From Clostridia bacterium (lineage in GTDB: Bacteria > Bacillota > Clostridia > Oscillospirales > CAG-272), in NCBI GenBank assembly GCA_017453255.1, contig JAFTKN010000006.1, forward strand, positions 45,856-109,855: a stretch of DNA of 64,000 nt, written 5' to 3'. The position numbers were made by a program, and so were the translations under genes. How positions within the stretch are numbered: position 1 is the stretch's first letter; each line of letters starts with the position of its first letter. This document shows, one piece after another, positions 27,069-36,591 of this stretch. Under the pieces are notes generated by a model. The model did no database searches and was not told where the DNA came from. It saw only the letters and a list, made by a program, of their open reading frames with translations.

Positions 27069-28436
27069 ATGGTACATCAATATAAATTGGGTGGATATAA
27101 CATTGTTCTCGACATTTGCTCTGGTGGTGTTCATGTTGTTGATGATGTTGCCTATGATATCATTGAAATATACGAAAAACAGACACGTGACGAGGTTATT
27201 TCCACAATTTCCGAAAAATACAAGGATATAAGTAAGGTAGATATTGAAGCATGCTATGACCAAATCACGGGATTAAAGCAAGAGGGGGCGCTTTTTACCC
27301 CTGACACCTTTGAGCCTATGGCGGACAAGCTTAAGGAGAAAACCGCAGGAGTTGTTAAAGCTCTCTGTCTTCATGTTGCACACACCTGTAACCTAAACTG
27401 TTCTTATTGCTTTGCCTCACAGGGAAAATATCACGGTGAAAGAGCCGTTATGTCCTTAGAGGTTGGTAAGCGTGCCCTTGATTTTCTTATAGAGAACTCA
27501 GGCACAAGACGTAACCTTGAGGTTGACTTCTTCGGTGGCGAGCCTCTTATGAATTTTCAAATGATTAAGGACTTAGTTGCCTATGCTCGTGAAATTGAAA
27601 AGATACATAACAAGAATTTCCGTTTTACTCTAACCACAAATGGAGTTTTGATTGACCAAGATGTAATTGATTTTGCTAACAAGGAAATGTCAAACGTGGT
27701 GCTTTCTCTTGACGGACGAAAGGAAATACACGACAAATACAGAGTTGATTATCAGGGCAAGGGAAGCTGGGAGAAAATTGTTCCTAAATTTCAAGAGCTT
27801 GTAAAGGCTCGTGGTGGAAAAAACTACTATATGCGTGGTACGTTTACCCACTCTAACCCCGACTTTTTAAAGGATATTAAGGTTATGCTTGACCTTGGCT
27901 TTAATGAGCTTTCTATGGAGCCTGTTGTATGTGCTAAGGGTGATAGTGAGGAGCTAACAGAAAAGGACTTCCCTATTGTTTGCGAGCAATACGAAAAGCT
28001 TGCAGAGCTTATGATCAAGAAAAGAAAAGAGGGTAAGGAATTTACCTTCTATCATTATATGATTGACCTAAAGGGTGGACCCTGTATCTATAAAAGGATA
28101 TCTGGCTGTGGCTCTGGAACTGAATATATGGCGGTTACTCCATGGGGAGATTTATACCCATGCCACCAATTTGTCGGCGAGGAAAAATACAAGCTTGGTG
28201 ATATTTATAATGGCGTTACTAACAAAGCTGTGAGGGAGGATTTTGCCTCCTGCAATGTATATGCTCGTCCCGACTGTAAGGATTGCTGGGCTAAGCTATA
28301 CTGCTCTGGTGGCTGTGCAGCAAATGCTTACCATGCGACAGGAAGCGTGCGTGGTGTTTATGAATATGGCTGTAGATTGTTTAGAAAACGTATGGAATGT
28401 GCCATAATGGTAGCGATTGATAAGGAATTAGGCTAA
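27069..28436 (+). CDS. scfB: Radical SAM/SPASM SCIFF peptide maturase
   Basis: Start at MVHQYKLGGY (AAGGAG RBS). Has CNLNCSYC (the CxxxCxxC radical SAM cluster) and a C-terminal Cys-rich SPASM region (CKDCWAKLYCSGGCAANAY). Confidence 0.9.
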   Translation: MVHQYKLGGYNIVLDICSGGVHVVDDVAYDIIEIYEKQTRDEVISTISEKYKDISKVDIEACYDQITGLKQEGALFTPDTFEPMADKLKEKTAGVVKALCLHVAHTCNLNCSYCFASQGKYHGERAVMSLEVGKRALDFLIENSGTRRNLEVDFFGGEPLMNFQMIKDLVAYAREIEKIHNKNFRFTLTTNGVLIDQDVIDFANKEMSNVVLSLDGRKEIHDKYRVDYQGKGSWEKIVPKFQELVKARGGKNYYMRGTFTHSNPDFLKDIKVMLDLGFNELSMEPVVCAKGDSEELTEKDFPIVCEQYEKLAELMIKKRKEGKEFTFYHYMIDLKGGPCIYKRISGCGSGTEYMAVTPWGDLYPCHQFVGEEKYKLGDIYNGVTNKAVREDFASCNVYARPDCKDCWAKLYCSGGCAANAYHATGSVRGVYEYGCRLFRKRMECAIMVAIDKELG

Positions 28437-28457
28437 AATTAGAAAAGTGGTGATTTT

Positions 28458-29786
28458 TTGAACACACCTATTTGGGACTTTGTAAACAAATACAAAAGCT
28501 CAGACTCTGTAAGAGCGCATATGCCTGGACATAAGGGAAATGGACCTTTAGGGTTTGAGAAGCTTGATATTACCGAATTTGATGGAGCTGATTCTCTTTT
28601 TTCTGCAAATGGGATAATCAAGGAAAGCGAGGAAAACGCAAGAAAGCTTTTTAACACAGGAGCTACACTTTATTCCTGCGAGGGCTCATCTCTTTCCATA
28701 AGGGCTATGCTCTATCTTGCTATGATAAACAAAGCTGACAATCAAGGCAATTATGTTATAGCTACGAGAAATTCCCATTCTGCTTTTATTACCGCATCTG
28801 CCCTTTTAGGCTTTGATATTATGTGGCTTAGCACAGGCAAGCACTTAAGCTGTAAAATCACAGCTCTGGATATTGAAAAAGCCTTATCCAGTGTCGATAA
28901 AATGCCTTTCGCTGTATATGTAACAAGTCCAGATTATCTTGGAAATATGCTTAATATCGAAGAAATTTCCAAGGTATGTAAAAAATATTCTGTTCCCCTT
29001 TTGGTAGATAATGCACATGGTGCTTACTTAAGGTTTTTAGAAAATGATATACACCCGATTAGCTTAGGAGCTGATATGTGCTGTGACTCTGCACACAAGA
29101 CATTACCTGCTTTAACAGGTGGTGCTTATTTGCATATTGCAAAAAAAGAAGACAATTATATCAGCTTAGCTAAGAACGCTATGAGGCTTTTTGCTTCTAC
29201 ATCACCATCTTATTTAATCCTTAGCTCCCTCGATTTATGTAACAAATATTTGGACTCAGAGTTTAAAGACGAGCTTAAAAATGCTATTTGCTTAATTAAG
29301 GATTTAAAAAATCAGCTTTCATTTCTTGGTTTCTTAATAGAGGGTGATGAGGAATTAAAGATTACCATAAGCACAAAGGACTACGGCTACTATGGCTATG
29401 AAATAGCCGAGCTATTAAAAAATGAAGGTATTTTCGTTGAATTTTATGATAGTGACTATGTAGTTTTGATGCTTTCTGCTCAAACCTCTAATATTGACGT
29501 TGAAAAAATCAAAATCGCCCTTTCAAGTATCGAAAGAAAAGATAAAATAATCGACACTCCCCCTCTTATTTCTTTGCCAAAGAAAAAATATAGCATAAGA
29601 GAAGCTTCTCTTATGCAAAGTGAGGAAATTAGTGTAGATTTGGCTTTGGGAAGGGCTCTTGCCTCTTCATCTGTTGCCTGCCCACCTGCTATAAATGTAA
29701 TTAATGCCGGTGAGGTATTTGACAAGGATATTATAAATGCTTGTAAATATTACGGAATAGATATTGTCAGAGTTATTAAGCTATAA
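28458..29786 (+). CDS. PLP-dependent Orn/Lys/Arg decarboxylase-family protein
   Basis: 442 aa. N-terminal HMPGHKG and internal CDSAHKTLPALTGG (PLP lysine) are typical of the family. TTG start, taken from the ORF track. Confidence 0.7.
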   Translation: MNTPIWDFVNKYKSSDSVRAHMPGHKGNGPLGFEKLDITEFDGADSLFSANGIIKESEENARKLFNTGATLYSCEGSSLSIRAMLYLAMINKADNQGNYVIATRNSHSAFITASALLGFDIMWLSTGKHLSCKITALDIEKALSSVDKMPFAVYVTSPDYLGNMLNIEEISKVCKKYSVPLLVDNAHGAYLRFLENDIHPISLGADMCCDSAHKTLPALTGGAYLHIAKKEDNYISLAKNAMRLFASTSPSYLILSSLDLCNKYLDSEFKDELKNAICLIKDLKNQLSFLGFLIEGDEELKITISTKDYGYYGYEIAELLKNEGIFVEFYDSDYVVLMLSAQTSNIDVEKIKIALSSIERKDKIIDTPPLISLPKKKYSIREASLMQSEEISVDLALGRALASSSVACPPAINVINAGEVFDKDIINACKYYGIDIVRVIKL

Positions 29787-29818
29787 AAAAACAGGAATTT
29801 AAAAATTCCTGTTTTTTA
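29786..29818. terminator. Bidirectional intrinsic terminator between convergent genes
   Basis: ACAGGAAT/ATTCCTGT stem flanked by A7 and T6 runs. Confidence 0.65.
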
Positions 29819-31099
29819 TTTTTCTTCAAGAAGCTTAGTAACACTTGATAGCTTTACACAGAGGCAAAATAGCTCTGTTGCAGTTACTAAATCAGCAAGT
29901 GGTGGGTAAGATGGAGCAATTCTAATATTAGAATCCTGTGGGTCCTTACCATATGGGTATGTTGCGCCAGCACCTGTCATTACGACGCCAGCCTTCTTGC
30001 ATTTTGCAACAATATCCTTAGCACAGCCAGAGAGTGAGTCAAAGGAGATAAAATAGCCACCCTTTGGCTCTGTCCATGTGCCTATACCTAAGCCACCCAA
30101 TTCTCTATTTAGTATTTCTAAAACAGCCTCAAACTTTGGTCTTAAAATATCAGCATGCTTACGCATATGCTCAATCATTCCATGAATGTTACCGAAAAAT
30201 CTGACATGGCGAAGCTGATTTACCTTATCATGACCAATTGTCTGTATTGAAAGCTGTTTTTTTATTTCAGCCAAGTTATTAAGTGATGATGCAAGAGCTG
30301 CAATACCTGAGCCTGGGAACGAAATTTTAGAGGTTGATGCAAACTTATAAACCAAGTCAGGATTTCCTGCCCTCTTGCATTCAGCCAAAATCTCAACTAA
30401 ATTATCCTGCTTATCATCGTATAAATGGTGAATTGTATAAGCGTTATCCCAATAAATTCTGAAGTCCTTTGCCTTTGGCTTTAATCTTGCAAAGCGACGT
30501 ACTGTAAGATCGGAATAAGAATAGCCCTGTGGGTTTGAATATTTTGGAACGCACCAAATACCCTTAATGCTTTCATCCTCGCTAACGAGCCTTTCAACCA
30601 TATCCATATCAGGTCCGTCCTTAGTCATAGGCACATTAATCATTTCAATGCCAAAATATTGAGTGATTGCAAAGTGTCTATCGTAGCCAGGAACTGGACA
30701 TAGGAACTTAACCTTGTCAAGCCTTGACCAAGGGGTTGAGCCCATTACACCATGTGTCATTGAGCGAGCTATTGTATCGTACATAACATTAAGGCTTGAG
30801 TTTCCGTAAATGATAATATGATCAGATGGAACCTCCATCATATCAGCCAAAAGCTCCTGTGCCTCCTTAATGCCGTCTAAGACACCATAGTTACGACAGT
30901 CTGTACCATCATCACAGGTTAGGTCAACCTCGCTTGACAATACATCCATCATTCCCATTGATAAATCAAGCTGTTCAACACATGGCTTGCCTCTTGCCAT
31001 GTTGAGCTGTAAATCCTTAGCCTGATATTCCTTATATTTAGCCTTTAATTCTGTTTGAAGAGCCAAAAGCTCTTCCTTTGTCATTTCAGTATATTTCAT
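29816..31099 (-). CDS. Class I/II PLP aminotransferase, of the putative aspartate aminotransferase type common in Clostridia
   Basis: 427 aa. NMARGKPCVEQLDL near the N-terminus and STSKISFPGSG (PLP lysine). Confidence 0.7.
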   Translation of the reverse strand: MKYTEMTKEELLALQTELKAKYKEYQAKDLQLNMARGKPCVEQLDLSMGMMDVLSSEVDLTCDDGTDCRNYGVLDGIKEAQELLADMMEVPSDHIIIYGNSSLNVMYDTIARSMTHGVMGSTPWSRLDKVKFLCPVPGYDRHFAITQYFGIEMINVPMTKDGPDMDMVERLVSEDESIKGIWCVPKYSNPQGYSYSDLTVRRFARLKPKAKDFRIYWDNAYTIHHLYDDKQDNLVEILAECKRAGNPDLVYKFASTSKISFPGSGIAALASSLNNLAEIKKQLSIQTIGHDKVNQLRHVRFFGNIHGMIEHMRKHADILRPKFEAVLEILNRELGGLGIGTWTEPKGGYFISFDSLSGCAKDIVAKCKKAGVVMTGAGATYPYGKDPQDSNIRIAPSYPPLADLVTATELFCLCVKLSSVTKLLEEK

Positions 31100-31124
31100 A
31101 ATGGAATCCCTTCCGTTGATAGAT

Positions 31125-31478
31125 TTAATCTTTATTTTTCAAGGTGGTAACAGAAGATACTATCATTCTTCTAATTCCAATGCAGTCGTTTTTTAATGTT
31201 GTATATTCCTCTTCGTCCAAGTCACCAATTTCCAACAGCAACACAAGCCAATACTCGCATTCATTACACTCTTTTAAAGCAATTTCAAACTTTGATATAA
31301 AATCCTTCGTTCCTTGTGCGTATTGTGCCTCGTGAACATTTGCTCCAATTGAAGTTCCGCACCTTAATAATTGTCCCAATATAGCACTTTCAACTCGTTT
31401 TTCTTTAAGTGCTCTGCAAAGCAAGATTATTTTTTTAGCAAACTTCTTTGTTTTATCTCTCAAAACACTATTTGACAT
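31125..31478 (-). CDS. Four-helix-bundle protein (23S rRNA intervening-sequence protein / Avd-like family)
   Basis: 117 aa. SIGANVHEAQYAQGTKDFISKFEIALKECNECEYWLVLL is the characteristic core of this family. Confidence 0.8.
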   Translation of the reverse strand: MSNSVLRDKTKKFAKKIILLCRALKEKRVESAILGQLLRCGTSIGANVHEAQYAQGTKDFISKFEIALKECNECEYWLVLLLEIGDLDEEEYTTLKNDCIGIRRMIVSSVTTLKNKD

Positions 31479-31488
31479 AAATTCTCCA

Positions 31489-31663
31489 GTTATGAGTGAA
31501 CCTTGTTCACGTTATGGATTTCACTTAAGTGAAATGTTATAAGCCTTGCTACGCAAACCGTTATGATATGATTGCTAACTTTCAACGTGCGTAGCACTCA
31601 TAACATTGCGTAGCAATTCATAGTTTGGCATCGCCAATTATAACTTGCGAAGCAATCATAGTT
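31489..31663. repeat. Convergent array of about 8 short units, each a 7-nt GTTATGA-like motif plus a small variable hairpin
   Basis: Left half on + has GTTATGA/GTTATGG/GTTATAA/GTTATGA at 31489, 31511, 31536 and 31560, each followed by a palindrome or stem half. Right half has hairpins at 31587, 31606, 31625 and 31645, each followed by TCATAAC/TTCATAG/TTATAAC/TCATAG, the reverse complement of the left motif. Confidence 0.6.
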
Positions 31664-31694
31664 GAATTCTAATTCGCACAGCGAATTAGAATTC
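31664..31694 (-). other. Perfect 14-bp-stem hairpin overlapping the asnS stop codon
   Basis: GAATTCTAATTCGC-aca-GCGAATTAGAATTC. No U-tract follows on the minus strand, so it is not a canonical intrinsic terminator. Confidence 0.6.
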
Positions 31695-33080
31695 AGCAGA
31701 GCCAGTTGTACGTGGATACGCCTCAACGTCTCTAATATTAGAAACACCTGTAATATACATTATCAATCTTTCAAAGCCCAAGCCGAAACCAGCGTGCTTT
31801 GTTCCACCGTATTTTCTAAGCTCTAAATACCACCAATAATCCTCTTCGTTGAGGTTAAACTTTTCCATTGCCTTTAATAGATAATCCATTCTTTCCTCAC
31901 GTTGTGAGCCACCAATAAGCTCACCTACACCTGGAACAAGCATATCCATAGCAGCAACAGTTTTACCATCGTCGTTAAGACGCATATAAAATGCCTTAAT
32001 ATCTGCTGGGTAATCGGTAACAAATACAGGCTTACCAAATACCTCCTCGGTAATATATCTTTCATGCTCTGTTTGAAGGTCAATTCCCCATTTTACAGGG
32101 TAATCAAACTTTTTACCACTCTTCAAAAGTAGCTCAACTGCCTCAGTATAGGTAACGTGACCAAAATCATTTTCTAAGAGGTTCGTAAGACGAGCAACGA
32201 GTGTTTGGTCAACAAACTTATTAAAGAATTCGATTTCAGCAGGACACTCATCCATTACGTATTTAACAACGTATTTAATCATATCCTCAGCAAGACGCAT
32301 ATCATCCTTGAGGTCTGCAAATGCAATTTCAGGCTCCATCATCCAAAACTCTGCTGCGTGACGAGCTGTATTGGATCTTTCAGCACGGAAGGTTGGACCA
32401 AAGGTATATACATTTGAAAACGCCATAGCATAGGTTTCTGCACTTAGCTGGCCTGATACGGTTAAATTTACACTCTTACCAAAGAAATCCTTAGAAAAAT
32501 CAATCTTTCCATCCTCAGTTTTAGGAAGATTTTCAAGGTCAAGAGTTGTAAGACGAAACATTTCGCCAGCACCCTCACAGTCACTTCCTGTTATGATTGG
32601 AGTATGAACATAGATAAAGTTTCTTTCGTTAAAGAACTTGTGTATAGCAAAGGCAGCAACGCTTCTAACTCTGAAAACTGCACTAAATAAATTTGTTCTT
32701 GGACGAAGGTGCGCTATTGTTCTCAAAAAGTCAAGAGTATGTCTTTTCTTTTGAAGTGGGTAATCTGGAGTAGATGTTCCCTCAATTTCCACCTTTTTTG
32801 CCTTAATTTCAAAGGGCTGTTTAGCCTCAGGTGTTAGAACAAGAGTACCTGTAACCACAAATGCAGTTCCAACATTTTGCTTAGCAATTTCCTTATAGTT
32901 ATCTAAAAACTGCTCCTCAAAAACTACCTGAATGTTTGTAAGGTAGCTACCGTCATTTAACTCAATAAAGCCAAACTGATTACTTGCACGAATGGTTCTT
33001 GCCCAGCCACAAACTGTAATCTCTTTATCGGCAAAAGACTCAGGAGATAAAAATATTTTCTTAATTTCAGTTCTTTGCAT
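31686..33080 (-). CDS. asnS: Asparagine--tRNA ligase
   Basis: 464 aa, class IIb. [21 protein letters not shown] and GFGLGFERL motifs. Confidence 0.93.
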   Translation of the reverse strand: MQRTEIKKIFLSPESFADKEITVCGWARTIRASNQFGFIELNDGSYLTNIQVVFEEQFLDNYKEIAKQNVGTAFVVTGTLVLTPEAKQPFEIKAKKVEIEGTSTPDYPLQKKRHTLDFLRTIAHLRPRTNLFSAVFRVRSVAAFAIHKFFNERNFIYVHTPIITGSDCEGAGEMFRLTTLDLENLPKTEDGKIDFSKDFFGKSVNLTVSGQLSAETYAMAFSNVYTFGPTFRAERSNTARHAAEFWMMEPEIAFADLKDDMRLAEDMIKYVVKYVMDECPAEIEFFNKFVDQTLVARLTNLLENDFGHVTYTEAVELLLKSGKKFDYPVKWGIDLQTEHERYITEEVFGKPVFVTDYPADIKAFYMRLNDDGKTVAAMDMLVPGVGELIGGSQREERMDYLLKAMEKFNLNEEDYWWYLELRKYGGTKHAGFGLGFERLIMYITGVSNIRDVEAYPRTTGSAEF

Positions 33081-33155
33081 TTTAATACCTCTTTTACAAA
33101 TATTAAATAATAAATAATAATATCACATATAATATTATTTTACAATAGTATTTTG

Positions 33156-35531
33156 TTATTTTTTCCAAAAATCTGTAATTTGCTTTAGTAAATCCTTAGC
33201 AGATGTTTGATATTTTATATGCGACCAAAAGCTTGGCATTATTTCCTTGTATTCCTCTGAAGCAAAGCGGTCATCTACCAGTAAAACAACACCACGCTCG
33301 TCGTCACTTCTGATCACCCTACCTGCTGCCTGAGTTACCTTTATCATTCCTGGATAGGTATAAGCATAGGAATAGCCACTTTCTCTCGTTACGTCAAAAT
33401 GCTCCTTAACTATATTAAGCTCATTGGATATAGTTGGGAGTCCAACGCCAACAATCATAGCGCCAATCAATCGCTCGCCTCTTAGGTCAATTCCCTCGGA
33501 AAAGCTACCGCCGAGCACACAAAAGCCGACAAGCGTTCCCTCTGGCTTATTTTCAAAGCTATCCAAAAAGTCGATTTTCGCCTTTTCGGACATACTTTTA
33601 CTCTGGCAAGTAATATTAATTTGAGGATATTTTTCCTTAAATACCTCCATTACGTCGCTTAGATACTTATACGAAGGAAAATAGACAATATAGTTTCCTT
33701 TTTTGCCTGCAATCATAGCTCTAATTATGTTTGCTACAGTCTGCGCACTTTTTTGTCTGTCCTGATACCTTGTGCTGACATTCGGCACACCAATTAAGCA
33801 AAGATTTTCCTGTTCAAATGGAGTTTTTAGGGACAACGTGTCTGTTTTTTCGCATCCGAGCACGTCTGAAAAATAGTCTATAGGAGTTAATGTTGCCGAA
33901 AAAAGTATAGAGCAAACACCTTTTTTCATATTGAGATGAAGCAGAGTTGATGGGTCTAAGCATAAAATACGCAACTTAACCTCGTCATTAATTGCCTCTG
34001 CGTACATAGTAAAGCGCTCATCATATATATCAAGCACGGAAAGAAGCTTTTTACACTCCTTGCTTACTGTGTTTAATTCGTCATCATCATTATCCCTTGA
34101 AAAGAGCTTTTTACATCCTGCGCAAAATTCACTTATTGGAGAAATCAAGTCGCTTGGGAGGGCATTGTTTTTGTAAAAACCACACACGTCCCCCTCTATT
34201 TCCTGCATTTCACTAAGTGCATAGCTCTTATAGTGATTAAATAATGACAATATTTCAGTCAAGGAATCACCTATATATTTGTCACCAGCATACCTCTCAT
34301 AAAGCCCCTTGAAATCACTTTGATTTAATGTAACCGAGTACATTTCCCTTGCTCTATCTGGTAGGTTATGCACCTCATCTATTAAAAAGCAATATTTAGC
34401 ATAAACAAAGTCAAAATATCTTCTTAAGTACGCTTGAAGGTCAAAAAGATAGTTATAATCGCAAATTATTACCTCGCACCATTCAGAAAGCTCTAATGTT
34501 AGCTCGTATGGGCAAATGGAATATTTTTTGGCTATTTCGTCAATTATATCCTTTGTATATGTTTTATAATTTAATAGTAGCTCCTTAATTGCATCATTGA
34601 TTTTATCGTAAAAGCCCTTTGTTCTCTTGCAATGCTTAGGGTCACAATGCTTAAGCTGTCCGAAGCGATATGTGACACAGCTTTTATCCTTAGCGTTTAT
34701 GTGTATTGCTCTTATATGAGGCATTTGCTCTCTTAAAAGCTCTATCGCATTTACTGCCGATATTGCCGTAGTTGTCTTTCCTGTTAGATAAAAGATTTTA
34801 TCAATTAAGCCAGCGCCCATAGCCTTTAGGGCTGGGTACATTGACGCCATTGTTTTTCCTGTTCCTGTTGGAGCTTCAACAACTAATCTTTTGTGGGTAC
34901 GAATAGCTCTAAAGGCTTCGATTATAAATTCTCTTTGTGACTCTCTTGGCTCAAAGGGGAAGCGAAGGCTTGAAAGCTCATTCATTGTGCTTGTCGCTCT
35001 TTCCTTTATCACACCTGCATATGGAGAAAAGAAATCTGCAACACTATCAAAAAATATATCTAAATCTTCTCTTGTGAAGGTGTTTTCAAAGCTCCTATGC
35101 TTCCTTCCGTCAGGGCTATCATAGAAATAATTTATTTCTGTTTTTACCTCAAGCTGACCAAAGCACTCACTTATAATATATGCGGAAAGCATGGCACTTT
35201 TTGTATCTATTTCAAGCTCACCATTTTCAACAAAATCAAGATTATAGGGCAAGTTTTTAAGCAGTAAAACATAGTATTTTCCATTTTCGTAACGTATAAC
35301 CTCTGGCTGAGAATATATGCAAAGAAAAACACCATTAACCTCGGTTGTATATGAATATTCATCTATTATTTGAGGCTTTTTCTCAATCATTCTATGAGAG
35401 CCAACAAAGCCACCCATCTTTCCACCAGGCTTAGCAAAGGGGTCGATGCTACCGCCTCGAAAAAGAAATTTTGATATTTCATCTGTGCTTATATATAGCT
35501 TTTCCTTATCTCTATCATAAATAGCAGGCAT
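33156..35531 (-). CDS. DinG/XPD(Rad3)-family ATP-dependent DNA helicase with an Fe-S cluster domain and an N-terminal extension
   Basis: 791 aa. APTGTGKT (motif I), DEVHNL (DEAH-type motif II), four spaced Cys (KSC..KHC..KHC..ICPYE) and QAAGRVIRS (motif VI). Confidence 0.8.
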   Translation of the reverse strand: MPAIYDRDKEKLYISTDEISKFLFRGGSIDPFAKPGGKMGGFVGSHRMIEKKPQIIDEYSYTTEVNGVFLCIYSQPEVIRYENGKYYVLLLKNLPYNLDFVENGELEIDTKSAMLSAYIISECFGQLEVKTEINYFYDSPDGRKHRSFENTFTREDLDIFFDSVADFFSPYAGVIKERATSTMNELSSLRFPFEPRESQREFIIEAFRAIRTHKRLVVEAPTGTGKTMASMYPALKAMGAGLIDKIFYLTGKTTTAISAVNAIELLREQMPHIRAIHINAKDKSCVTYRFGQLKHCDPKHCKRTKGFYDKINDAIKELLLNYKTYTKDIIDEIAKKYSICPYELTLELSEWCEVIICDYNYLFDLQAYLRRYFDFVYAKYCFLIDEVHNLPDRAREMYSVTLNQSDFKGLYERYAGDKYIGDSLTEILSLFNHYKSYALSEMQEIEGDVCGFYKNNALPSDLISPISEFCAGCKKLFSRDNDDDELNTVSKECKKLLSVLDIYDERFTMYAEAINDEVKLRILCLDPSTLLHLNMKKGVCSILFSATLTPIDYFSDVLGCEKTDTLSLKTPFEQENLCLIGVPNVSTRYQDRQKSAQTVANIIRAMIAGKKGNYIVYFPSYKYLSDVMEVFKEKYPQINITCQSKSMSEKAKIDFLDSFENKPEGTLVGFCVLGGSFSEGIDLRGERLIGAMIVGVGLPTISNELNIVKEHFDVTRESGYSYAYTYPGMIKVTQAAGRVIRSDDERGVVLLVDDRFASEEYKEIMPSFWSHIKYQTSAKDLLKQITDFWKK

Positions 35532-35645
35532 CTTTACCTCCTCCTTTCTGTTGACAAGCTGGTGTTTTTAATGTATAATTTAATATAAGTATATCATATA
35601 TACCTTTTAATTTAAAGAATATTTTTTTATTTAGAGGAACAAAAA

Positions 35646-36281
35646 ATGATTTTAGAGCCTAAAAAAACTACTCTTGCGTATAGATGCCCTGCCTGTGGCT
35701 ATGTTACAACAAGCATTGTAGGTGCATTTTCCCTCTCTGGTGATATGTTTAAGCTTAAATGTAGCTGTGGGGAAAGCTTCGTTATTATAGAAAAGGGTAA
35801 TGACGATATGGTTAATTTGACTGTGCCCTGTGTTGCCTGTCCTAAGCCACACTATTTCACTCTTTCCTCAAATCTATTTTTCAGCACAGATATATTTATG
35901 CTTCCTTGCCCTCTTTGTGGGATAGACCTTTGCTTTATAGGTAAAGAAAAGCAGGTCAGTCAAGCTATTGAGAAATCAAACGAGGAGATTTCAGCTATGC
36001 TTGGCGATTATACAATAGACCAAATTAAAAGCTCAGAGGCTGAAAACCTACTTGACCCACAGGTTTACGATATTGTTAAGTTTGTAATTAGCGAGCTTAA
36101 TGACGAGGGCAATATCCATTGCTTATGCAATGAGGGTGAGGGCGAGTATGATTGCTCTATTTTACCAGAGGGCGTGTCCATAAAATGCAGAAAATGTAAT
36201 GCGAAAAAGGATATTGAAATCACAGGCACTATTGCTGCACAGGAATTTTTGAACAATACAAATGAAATCACATTAAAATAA
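35646..36281 (+). CDS. Cys-rich hypothetical protein with several zinc-ribbon-like CxxC pairs
   Basis: 211 aa. CPACG, CSCG, CVACP, CPLCG and CRKCN pairs. AGAGGA RBS. Confidence 0.55.
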   Translation: MILEPKKTTLAYRCPACGYVTTSIVGAFSLSGDMFKLKCSCGESFVIIEKGNDDMVNLTVPCVACPKPHYFTLSSNLFFSTDIFMLPCPLCGIDLCFIGKEKQVSQAIEKSNEEISAMLGDYTIDQIKSSEAENLLDPQVYDIVKFVISELNDEGNIHCLCNEGEGEYDCSILPEGVSIKCRKCNAKKDIEITGTIAAQEFLNNTNEITLK

Positions 36282-36308
36282 CAGGGATTTACAAAATCCC
36301 TGTTTTTG
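36281..36308 (+). terminator. Intrinsic terminator
   Basis: ACAGGGATT/AATCCCTGT 9-bp stem followed by TTTTGTTT. Confidence 0.65.
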
Positions 36309-36418
36309 TTTACTTTTGTCATTTTAATTTGAATTTTGTAGCATTTTGTTTTTATTAGTCATAGTATTATATCAGGGGAATACAAAATCCCTCAATCTAT
36401 AAAAAGGAACTCTCATAT

Positions 36419-36538
36419 ATGGAACATAATAATATGGGAAGCGGTACTACTATGAACTGTTTATGTAATCTTTTTGACAACGAAATTATCTGGATTGTAA
36501 TCTTAGCTGTTATAATCCTTTGCAGTTGCTGTAACTAA
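36419..36538 (+). CDS. Possible 39-aa Cys-rich hydrophobic peptide (unlisted small ORF)
   Basis: MEHNNMGSGTTMNCLCNLFDNEIIWIVILAVIILCSCCN. It is followed by the 36558-36585 terminator. The RBS is weak (AAAAGGAAC), so this is tentative. Confidence 0.3.
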   Translation: MEHNNMGSGTTMNCLCNLFDNEIIWIVILAVIILCSCCN

Positions 36539-36557
36539 TTTATTAAGCAATAGAATA

Positions 36558-36585
36558 AGGGAGCTGACATAATCAGCTCCCTTTT
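36558..36585. terminator. Intrinsic terminator shared by convergent transcripts
   Basis: AGGGAGCTGA/TCAGCTCCCT 10-bp stem plus a T-run. Confidence 0.6.
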
Positions 36586-36591
36586 GCATAT

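Noticed and set aside
31125-31478. Avd-family protein as a marker of a diversity-generating retroelement
   Set aside because: No reverse transcriptase gene is nearby (the neighbours are asnS and an aminotransferase), and I could not identify a template/variable repeat pair. It is treated as an orphan four-helix-bundle gene.
31489-31694. Possible CRISPR array, because of short regularly spaced repeats
   Set aside because: Units are only ~19-25 nt. The conserved part is 7 nt while the palindromic part varies (the opposite of CRISPR). The two halves are in opposite orientation, and there are no cas genes in the window.
33081-33155. T-box leader upstream of asnS
   Set aside because: Only 75 nt separate asnS from the upstream gene. 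That is too short for a T-box, and the stretch contains just a promoter-like TTGTAA-17-TGaTATTAT and an RBS.
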